Positions 50,972-61,037 of a DNA stretch of 61,037 nucleotides are shown here, in pieces (position 1 is the first letter of the stretch; every line of letters starts with the position of its first letter). The notes below the pieces were generated by a model. The model worked only from the letters and a program-made list of their open reading frames with translations. It was not told the DNA's origin and ran no database searches. Source of the stretch: Raillietiella orientalis (lineage: Eukaryota); NCBI GenBank assembly GCA_036172245.1, contig JAYWIR010000004.1, forward strand, positions 6,696,001 to 6,757,037, read 5' to 3'. The translations under genes and the position numbers were made by a program.

Positions 50972-51314
50972 GTAAGCGAAGTACTTCTTTCCTCTTCGCA
51001 TTTGCGGACGAATCACCGCCAATTCGCACCTACCACACTAACAAGAGCTGGCATCGTCGATTCGCAATGTGAGCATTTGTCTTACCAACGCATGAAGGTT
51101 GAAGAGAACAAAACAAATACAACAGCAACAAAGAATCCGATTGAAGCTCGAAACGAGCCATGATGCGCCAACCGTGAATTCTTAATGAGGGATTTCTTCC
51201 TGCACAAATTGCTACTAATTATTTCAATTGGGTGCTCGTAATGATGTTGCTGCAAAAGTGCAGTGAAAGCTCAAACGCCTTGCATCGTTGGCCGCATCTA
51301 CCATGACCGAGAGA

Positions 51315-52292
51315 ATCGGGAGATTGGAACTATGCAAAGGGTACGCTGCCGGGGACCAGGCACCACGTTTGCTGTGAAAGACCGGCGCCGATGAATGGAA
51401 CGTGCGTTTCGTACGCTTGTATTTCGGGAAGCAAACATCGCAAGCAAACTCGTGGGGTTTCTTCGGAGATTCCGAATCAGTTCTCGTTGTGATACTTCAG
51501 GATTCTCGTCAACCGAGGTCCTGTGGGCACTCTTCTTGCACTTCTGTTTTGCAGCAGGCTCCTTTATAACGGAGTCAAGTCCTGCTCGGTAGCAAATCTC
51601 TTGGCGAAGTAGGAGAACAAGACAAAGACAGTTGGATGGCCCACAAGTGCTTAGGACGAATCGTCAGCTCGCCTGCACAGCAGAGGTGTCTCGTCTGTTT
51701 AGCCATACCGCACCACAGAGATCGTAATCTGTGGACTCTTCAGAGGTCTTGTGTTATTGTTTCCCTGAGTCCGCTGTACCAGCGTGGTACAGCTGTACCA
51801 GCGATCTTTCCTCGAACTGCTCTCTACGGTACCATTGGAAAACCTTTCGAGTCCACGGTACTGAAGCAGTTGTGTGATGCTTTGAACCACACACCGTTTA
51901 CGCTAACCACACAACGCTTTTCAGCTTCACCGCATTCGAGTGTTATGAAGAACGTACGAGTGGATTGAGATGGCGATTTTCCTCCCGTTTGCAGGAAGCG
52001 ATGACGCGGATGAACTGGAAAACGGATGCACCGTTGCGCACGCCATCGTGCTCCGAAGTTTCCTACCAGAATGGAAATGCCGTTTTTACTTTCCGTGGGC
52101 TACTATCTCTGGCACATCATCGGGACGGCGCTTGTTGACGAATCGCAAACTCGGACCGGAGCAATTCCGCTGGTCGCGTTCATGGGCGTCTGGTTGCCAG
52201 ACGATGCGAGCAGGGTGCACCGCCGACTGCGCGATGTCCGCCTATGGCGAGCGGGCACGATCGTCCTCTGCGCTAGGGAAGCAGGCGATGGT
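51315..52292 (-). repeat. Module B, right inverted copy
   Basis: Reverse complement of 31636-32616. Confidence 0.97.
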
Positions 52293-52328
52293 GGTAATGG
52301 GAACACCCGTGAACACTTCTTGCTGTTG

Positions 52329-55068
52329 ACTATCGTGCTGTTCTCCACAGGGAAAACCACTGCTGCTCGGGCTGAATGCTTGAGAGGCAAGGTCAAAGCA
52401 TCTCTTGGAAGCAGAAGTAGCACACGTTCCCTGCAACCATGTCAAATGGAAGTCAAAACCCCAACTGTTATCTTGCTATCATCATGCATGAAAATGATGG
52501 TGTGATGGACGAAGATGCTGGCAGTCATAGCTGTAGCGATTCAGCTGATCAAGCTGAACCACATACGTCTTATTTGCGTATGCAATGATCACGGGCATCG
52601 CAAACCTGGCCAAGCATTGCTATGACCTGCGCTTTTCCCATCCTCGAGTTGAGAAAATCAAGGTAAGAAAGGTGAATTAGGAAATAATGTGCTGCAAGGC
52701 TGCCATGTTGACTTGTGTGCCGTAAAGGGCATTTTGGGGGTGTTCTGAGCCAAATGCTAATTGGTACAAACCGTGAGATTCTCCAGATTGTGCGCTACGT
52801 ATTTCTGTGTTTGGTAAAGAAAAAACTTGCGTCATACCCCGACCAGCAAAGTAAGGCGCACAAGTTTCCCGTATGAAGTGTGTGGTCTGTAGGAATGACG
52901 CCATCACCCATTTGCAGCTTGCTAGCCAAGCAGCGGACAGCATTAGAGATGGCGAACTAGCAGAGCGCATGATTCTGAGGAAGAATTGCTACCTGTTGTA
53001 GTAATTGTGTGTAGCAATTTGATGTTCACAGCAAGGAGGCGTTCTTTTCAAGTGTTTTTCCAGGTAGCCTGCCAGCTGGCCACCTCAGCCAGCGCATCGA
53101 TTTCTCTTTTTGGTTCGGTCGGAATTCTCGTGCTAAGAAATGTTATCGTTTTCTGTGGGAACTGCAGCCTCATCTGCGCTTGAAGCAATGCTTGTACACC
53201 TGCTAATCGGACATTTTGTTGTGCAGTATTTGATGTGGAAAAGATGAAAGCAACCTCGACTACCATCCGCATTTGTGATTTGCAATCCAACAGCCACTGA
53301 TACATCATTAGTTGGATAGGTTGTGGATAGGATGGAGCGTTGCTGCTTGTTAAGAAAGGATCCGGAATTCTTTGACGAGGCTGTGTAGCTGGCCAGGGAT
53401 GCATTCCGTGGCAAGGCTGGCTGCAAATGTGAAAGCAGCTTACACACGACCATGTAATGATAAGAAGCTTCACCGGATGCCTTACTTTGTGGATTTGGGG
53501 GGCCATAGACGGCAGGCTCGGCCGGTCTCATAGTAATCGAGTGAAGATGGAAGGGAATGAAAAGATAATGTGAAAGCTTCACCGAGTAGCAAGGAAGGAT
53601 GCTGATGACCAGAGTGAATCCTTCCCGATTCCCAGACTTCATTTTGCATATGATCCGGATTGCTTATCGATAGCTAATAAAAGGTTTGCCCATTGACTGG
53701 TAGCATACGGATAAGATCTGGATAAGCAATCGACATCATGGTCGACATTAAAGATTGAAGAAAGACATGTGGTTTACTTGCTGGTAGCGCCATTCATTGG
53801 TTTGGTTCGGTGCAAAGTTCGCACGTTCCTTGAGGTTAGTTTTCAGGAAGCAAGCAGCTCATTGCAGCTTTGCCGCCTGGTGCGGAAGAAACCAATCGTT
53901 CGAGTATTGCATGCAAAGTATTGTGCGTTTCGTTGAAGCAGAAAAAGGATATCAGCAAACGAACCTGAAGGAATGGTTCTGCTTGCCAGCGATTGATTCT
54001 TTCCTCGTCTGCACACCAAGATTGTATTCCCTGCGTGAGGTGGTTGGGACATCCGTCCCGACGGAATCCTCCACGCCGCCGGCGAGCACGTGGACCAACG
54101 CGCCAGCAGCTCCGTCTCCTTCTACCGCTTTCGACATCGGGCATCCCGACACGTCAGCCTGCTGAGACGTTCGGGATTGAGCAGGCACGGAATCAAAGCC
54201 TTCAGGCCCCAAGAATTTTCTTCCAGTCATCTGGGCATCGCGCGGTGTTTTCTTTCACCACACCACGCGTGGCACAACCCGATATGGCACCCTTGGAGCA
54301 ACGGATAACGACGTGGAAGTGCCACGCCTAGCGCAGCCCTCCTTCTTCAACCAGATGACGTGCTCGAACTTGGAAACCCTTACATTCTTTTCTGTTTGTC
54401 GCCCTGCATAGGGAAGGAATGTTGATCGAGTGCTAGGCAGTGGAAATCGTAAATGAAACACGAAAACCGAGCACGCTTTCGAAACGCACTTTCCAGCATG
54501 CTCTGTGACTTTCAAGCCGGAATGCCGCCATTGCTTACTTTGCGAATCCAAATATACACGACCCATCATCTATTTCGAGTAGCCGATAAACGCACATGCG
54601 TGCTCCAGGATGATAGGCATGCATCCGTGGTTCGGAAAGGATCGTGTTTGCGCAGATATCGTTTTCTTTCGAATGTAAAAGTTTCCCCTTGTGCTTGAAT
54701 TCATTTCGATGACCAATTTTTCACGCTTTGGCAATCCGTTTTTTGCCGTGTGTTGCGGTGCCGCGACGTTTTGGATGGAATCTTTCCGTTCGTTCATGGA
54801 TTCGCCTCCTGAAGCTGGAAGAGCGAAGCACGTGGTGCACACGGTGCGGCCATTCTCGTATTCTTCATGGACGCGCGCTGCGATCAGCTGATCACGAGTT
54901 CGCTGGTTTGCGCCAGCAGGAGAAAGGCAAAAAAAGGTCGCAAGCTAGGTGCAAGTGGTGTAGCTTCACAGAGTTATGTCTATGCCACATCCTGCAAAGT
55001 TTGGCTGCAAAAGTTGGCACCTGCTCGCAAGAAAACACGCATGATCGAACAAACAACTTTTCGGTGCA
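52329..55068 (-). repeat. Module A, right inverted copy
   Basis: Reverse complement of 26420-29166 with small indels. Confidence 0.97.
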
Positions 55069-55749
55069 GCAGAACACTCGTTGTCTTGTTTGCGGCCTCG
55101 TTGGATCGCTACCACCGTCGTGAATATGTGATGGGATCTGGAATCAGTTTTACGATGCGGGACTTTTCCCGGTTCTGGGAATGATGTACGGTGATTGCAG
55201 TTCGAAATGACCGAAAAGTGAGTAGATGGCACCAAATTCACTTAAACTTTCGACCCACTTCCCTAAATGCTATGGAATTGCACGGTTCCGTGGACATTTC
55301 GACGGGACGTTGAATGAGATTACTTTCTTTACTACGGAAACTCCTGATGGCAAGCACGCTGTGTTTCGAAAGAAAGTGATGTATTTTTTGGTTTTCAATC
55401 GACGCAGCGGTATGGGTATGCGTTTATAGAATGCATACGAAAGGGAAATCGATCGCAAGCATTCGAATTTGCACTTTTGAAAATCTTTTCTCTTTTCGAT
55501 GCTGTTGCCATTAGACCAGAACACGACCAAAGCTCGTCCATGTTTTGCGTTCCCTCGTTCCAGTCGCTGGTCACACGCTGCTCATTCTTTAGTGCAATCT
55601 CCTTCCCACGTTCTGTTGTGCAAAAGAAGAAGTGTTTTCTATGCATTTCCACGAAGAGAATCACCGAAGAGCATGGATAGACTGTTAGAATACAAATGTA
55701 TTCCATGGCCTGCAGAGGAATCTGTGGATTCATGGTATGCACAAGCAAT

Positions 55750-58700
55750 TCGTGGGCGCCGGGGTCCCAGTTGATCCAGCAGATGCAAGTGGATCCCTGG
55801 GCACCACGGCAAGTGCGCGCCCCCTATCGCTGAGACCGACGGAGTCCACCAGCCAAAGTGTTCCCTGACGCAGGCGGAACTGGACTGAGTCCACTAGCAG
55901 CGTCTCGGACCTATGTGGAGGCGGGTGCGTGCGTGCCTGGAGACAAGAAGCTGCCGGTGAGCGCCGCCCTTGCCGAGCATTCGCCGTGCTTGGTGAAGCG
56001 CACCCGCGCCGGAGACGATAGGGCTGGCGATTGAGGAAGCTGCTGCGGAACGGCTTCGTGAAGGAGGGTGCATTCCCAGAGCGGGAGGCGGCGCTCACTA
56101 TCCTGAGAGCGTCCTTCCCTCTTGGGAGACCGGCGCGAACACCAGAATCGTGAGGTTTGTCCGCAGGCGGCAACTGTGCGCTGCTCCTGCTCGCTGTCGC
56201 CGACCGAGACCTGGTGATGCGTAAAGTTGGAGCTTCTCGGTTCCCATCGTGTGGAATCTGGGTTGCGCCTGCAGGTTGGGTGGGGCGCGCGCAACAACGC
56301 AAGGCCTGGCGTGGGTGCAGGCTTCTCATGGCAGGTTCGGTTGCACGCGCGTCCTGCCACGCGCCTGCGCTTAAAGTGTCGCTCGCGTCGCTCGCCATGC
56401 CACACATCCTGGCAGGAAGGCGGAGAAAGAAGGCGAGCGCCGCGTGAGGCGAGGGACACGGGGAAGTGAGCCTTCCTGGAAAAGGCAGGATGGCCTTGGA
56501 TGGACTTTTCCAGCACGAAGGCGGGAAGGAGGAGAGCTGCTCGTTCGACATGTCTTGCCTGCGTAGGAGTCCGTTCCTCACTAGTGCTAGACCTGGCGAC
56601 GTTCAGCGTCTCTACCACTGGCCAGCTGACGAGCAGTAGTTAACCCTGAGCACTGCCGTGATGCAGGGCAGCGTCCACCCCTTCGGTGAGCAACTGGCAT
56701 TCGTGCCTGCGCAGGCATGAACGCGGCCGCGGCAAGCGGCTTCTCAACGGAACTTGCAGCTGTAGTCTTTGCGAACGTTATTTGGGAGGAGGGGCAACGG
56801 TCATCCTCTTGTGCCACAGCAAGACCACGGGTGCTAATCGGTCCCTGCGACCGAATCGCAGACGGTCGGACGGCGGGCGTCCACGATTTCGTCCTTGCGT
56901 TCCCTGCAACACAACACAACACAACTCAACGTCGACCGTGCAGCATGCGTCCTGCTTGAGATGCGTGTGCCACCAGCTGTCCGCTCGCGGTGCAAAAGCC
57001 AGCAAACTTGCTGAGCTTTTGCACCGCTTGCTACCGTTGGCTGACCTTACGAGCCTCGCTCTCCTCGAGCAAAGCCAACGTCTTTGTCCGGTTGCCGCAT
57101 CGAGAAGGTCGGCGTCGCGTGCCTTTTGTGATTGCTGCAACGGTGCGTTCCAGCTTGCGTAGAAATCCCTCTATGCTTTGTGCCTACTTGTTACCTATGC
57201 CGAGATCGCGCGCGTCCAGCCACGCCGCTCCGAGAACCCACACGCAGCCCCTCCGTTTCGACGGGAGGCAATGGTCTGCGCGCGTTTGCAGGTGGTCGCA
57301 GAAGGAGAAGAAGCTCTTTGCGAGCTCGGCCCATGCTGACGGCTGCACGTTCTGCACAGGGAAGGGGAAGCGCGTCACGCTGCCTACCAGACTGCGCGCC
57401 AGGCGCCTGGCAGAGCGCGCGTCGTACGCGACGGACGTGTTTTTCCCCCCTCGGCCCGTCCGCGCTCCCGGAATTCCGGGTTGCTGCGGGCTGCGTACGG
57501 ATAGGAAGACCGGCTGTTCCGCACTCAGGAGCGAAAGTCAGTGCCGGAGGCTGCTTTCGTTCTCGAGATGGACATCTCCGCTCCCACTGATGGGCAGCTC
57601 TGCTTGCTGCTGGCCGGAAGTTCCTCCGGAGTCGATGCCGCTGCGGCAGCGCACGTTGCAGCGACGGTCGACTCGCAGTTGCAAACGTGTCGGGATGAAA
57701 GCAGCACGTCCCCGTAGTACCGCAGCCACGCAGGGAGGTCGCGGATCACGCCCTGAGGAGCGCCAGGCCGCAGGAGGGTCCTCTCGAAGAGAGCAACCGG
57801 CTGCGGCAGACTCACGTGCCCCCTCGTAGTTTGCGAGAGATGTGTGAGCCGTTGCGGATGGCAACCCCGTCAGATGGTTTTTCTGGTGGAAGAGAACACC
57901 TGGCTCGTCACTGAACGCGCTGCCTGGCTCCCGGAGTGTCTGCTTGCTTCGGGAAAGATCAACGGAGTGAGCGAGGCAGGGTACGCCTTGCTGCTGCCAG
58001 GTGTCGAGGCTCGAAAGTAATCTCTCTAGGAATTCGTGCGTAACCCACGGAAGATGCGGCGAGCCTCGTCCACCCACCACCCGCCTCTCCCAGTGATCCC
58101 ATCCCTCAGCGAGCTGCCAGCAATGCGAGAATTAAAATGCTGCATCGCTTCTAAAGAGAAAATAGTGTGCTCTTGGGCAATTTGGGAGATCACGGGCTCT
58201 TGAAGCCAAAGTGTTGCACCCCAAGGACTTGATCGCTTGAGAGAACCGTTAGGAATCCGTCCGGAGGAGGTGTAGTGGCCCCTAGCGTTCTGGAGCAGTG
58301 GCAGCCCCCTCCCTGAAGTGTCAAGAGTTGGTGTTGCAGGTGTTGCATGAGGGAATTCTTTGGAAAGGGCGCCTTCACGTTTGGACACGGCGGAACATGG
58401 GTGCAAAGTGCGACAGGTGGGGGGAGGAAGGAGACCCTGCCGCACCTAATGGTGGACCGTGGGTGCGACTCGGACTGCATTGGGATCGCCTCAAGACGAC
58501 TCGAGGATCCCCAGCAGGCGGCCCCAGGGACACCTGCTGGGCATCCTAGCGTCGTAGTCTTCCTGCCGGGGCGGGTTCGTTATCCTGCAGAAGCCTTCGG
58601 CTGATTGCGAAGTGGCGGAACGTACGGTTGGGCGAAGAAGACCGAGTACAAGGACCCGTGTAAAAGCGCACCGAATCGGTGGATCTCGCAGCGGCCAGTG

Positions 58701-59100
58701 CTGTAGTTCCTAGTAGCGCTAGCGTTCTCGTGGGTCGAATTCCATCACGTGGGGCGCCAAAGCGAGAATGGCTGGCGGAGGCAGGAGCGAGCAAAGGGTC
58801 CATCGGATGGCAGCAGATTTCTGCATACACCTGTTTTCGGTTGCCGTTTGTGAAGGAAGCAACGCGGTCAAGGAGCTGACCGATCACATGAAGAGGCGCA
58901 GCTTGTTGGGCAGATGATCCGAGACGGAGAACTCCGCCGCTCACGTCTTCGCCGAGCAACACACCCGCAAGTAGCGATTCGGTGGGCTCTGCCTGTCCGA
59001 GATGGATGTTCTGCCACGGCGAGAATGTTTCCTCTTCGGATGAGGGATCGCGCGGACCGAACTCCCGGAGGCGGCGGCGGGGGATCTCCGTCAAAATTCC
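55750..59100 (-). mobile_element. Degenerate Ty3/Gypsy internal region (gag, RT, RNase H, integrase)
   Basis: Ordered remnants: SAQQAAPLHVIG (gag), RCGR..THVPPCP (zinc knuckle-like), SLDTWQQQGV, LFERTL..DLP..YYGDVLLSS (YxDD decayed), SASLLAF..QDAC..CVVLQ (RT-RH linker), LLLP..QGHP, GLPR..IVS..GNAPSFT (integrase). Confidence 0.6.
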
Positions 59101-59146
59101 GTGCTTCTGCAGCGAAGGTAGAATTTGCGTTTCTTGAGGATGTCCA

Positions 59147-60856
59147 GGGATGCCCGCGCAGGAGTGGCACGCCGGCTGCTTTCACTCGTTCCGCGCGCAG
59201 CTGCAAGTCGAGCTGCTCACCATCGCTTGCGCCTGGCTGGCTGAGTTGCGCACCCTTCCTTCCGCGCATGGCCACCCGCTTCCACCACGCGTGCGCGCGT
59301 GGTGGAAGCGGTCCCCCGGCCAGGTATCGTCTCCACGGTGACGACCATTCTTCCGACACTTTCATTCGGATTTTGCAGCTTGGACGCGCCATGCCTTCCT
59401 TGCTCCGCATCCTAGGACTGATCTGCCCTTGCTTGCGCCAGAAACGCCGTCGGCAATCGCCCCCGCCCCCGCCCCCTCCCAACTCCCCCTGCACCGAGAG
59501 AATCGTTCTCTCCGGCATGACTACCGTTCAGCTGACCGGCTGTTGGATAGACAAGGAGGAGGACATCCTGCAGGACATCCGGTACCTCTTCGAAGAGGTG
59601 TAGGTAGCAACAGCGTTTCGCTGCTGACCTGCGTCGCCTGCCTGTCTTCGCTTGCGTGCTCGCGAGTGCGTGAGCGTTACTTGTTGCGCTCGCTCGCTGC
59701 CATCTCGTTCGTCGCTGCCTCGGGTTCGTCCACCCGCACCTCCTTGTCGCCAGCGCGAACCGGCCCACCCCACCCCCTCCCCCGAAGCGCGCTGCCCGCC
59801 GCCTGCGGGCGGCGGCGGCTTCCGCAGCCAGCGCTTGCGACGCAGAGCGTCGATCGGGCGTTCAACGCTCGAAACGCAGCGGAAAGCGCGAGCCCACCTA
59901 CCGCTTGGCCGGCTCGGCGAACGCCCCGCCGGCCACACCAAAACGCCAACCACCACGCGCCACCGACGTGGTGCCACCCAGTCGCCGCAGCGACGATCCA
60001 GCACCCGACTCACCGGTGCGCGCTGGTTGGCGCCGCACTCGGCTTCCCCCTGCTCTTGGAGGTGAGTGTGCTGGGGCGGGTCAAAGTTGACGGCAGGCAG
60101 CTCGTTGCCAGAGCCAGCCGAAAGCGTGCGAGGCGTCGCAACTGCGCCCAGCGTGTTCGGGGAAGCTTACGACGTGCTCCCTCACGGCAGATCAGGTAAG
60201 TCGGTCTGCGCACAGCTAGCTGCTTCACAGCCGCCCCCTTTGACAGCAAGGCATCGTGTACGTTCACCTGAGGTGCGGTCGAGCACGAGGGGCAGCAGCA
60301 GACCTCGGCAAATTTCCGGCGGTCAGATCAGCTCCTGCCGACCTCACTTGGTGCTCCTGCTCCTGCTGCTGCCGTCTACGGTCTGCTCCGTTCATCTTCC
60401 GTGCCCGCCCTCGAGGGCGTGGCGTAATCGAGCCTCGGCCTTCACCAGGGCACCTTCGTAGCGAGCTTCCTCTTCGATGGCCACGCACCTGGCTGCCTTT
60501 CCACCGACAGCCGCGGCCTCCGTGTCGTGGCATGCGGCCAGCTCGCATCCAACAGGCCTGTGGCGCCTGGATCAGGTGCGTGGGAACCGGCCTCCCAAGG
60601 CAACGTCCCGACAAACAGCCGTTTTTCCCCGTGCAGGACACTCCCACACACTGCGTGTCCTGATGGAAGCGTCTCGGGGGGGTCGCTTCCGCCCATGCCG
60701 CGCCAACACGAGGAGGCTCCATCCTCGCCGATGCCACCGACGGACAAGTCGTGGACAGGAGAGCGGGAAGATGGATTTCCTCCAGGATTCGGGAACTCTT
60801 CCGTTCACGAGAGCCTTCAGCGTCGGAATGCCGTTGTCCATCGCCCTTCCTTTCCG
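59147..60856 (-). repeat. Module C, right inverted copy
   Basis: Reverse complement of 32736-34488. Confidence 0.96.
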
Positions 60857-61037
60857 GCAAGTAAGTAGTCCGCAAGCTGATTTTTGTTACATTCGCATTC
60901 AAATTTTGTTTTCAGATGTAGTTGCAGGAAGTGGTGAAGCATGCGGCCAGCTCGCATCCAACAGGCCTGTGGCGCCTGGATCAGGTACGTAGGAACCGGC
61001 CTCCCAAGGCAACGTCCCGACAAACAGCCGTTTTTCC
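60857..61037. repeat. 84-bp inverted copy of 29220-29303 followed by a third partial copy of module C, running off the window
   Basis: 60857-60940 is the reverse complement of 29220-29303; 60939-61037 repeats about 60530-60628. Confidence 0.92.

Noticed and set aside
52340..52365. STGKTT as a Walker A motif
   Set aside because: Lacks the first Gly of GxxxxGKT and lies in a chimeric junction ORF with no Walker B.
1..61037. CRISPR arrays, rRNA or tRNA genes
   Set aside because: No regularly spaced short repeats or recognisable structural RNA genes were seen.

Overview
Eukaryotic, most likely arthropod, genomic DNA, judged from short 40-56 nt spliceosomal introns, a nephrin/Sns-like gene and Wolbachia-derived DNA. 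The window is mostly decayed transposons with two foreign insertions. Left to right: a decayed DIRS-like retroelement (about 1-3.3 kb); a hAT MITE; an orphan HMMR-like exon; an 8-exon C2CD3 gene (minus strand, 14.3-20.7 kb); a scrambled, pseudogenised Wolbachia-like insertion (IS200 tnpA, rplS, trmD, purC, hemJ; 22.4-24.8 kb); a mosaic of TE remnants (26-34.5 kb) that recurs in inverted orientation and permuted order at 51.3-61 kb. Between the two copies lie a second DIRS-like remnant, a piggyBac remnant and a nephrin-like gene whose first four Ig domains are intact but whose later exons are broken. One intron of that gene carries, antisense, a fully open 409-codon phenuivirus-like nucleocapsid ORF, the most notable feature. 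All protein assignments come from motif recognition by eye, not database searches; the TE calls are the least certain.
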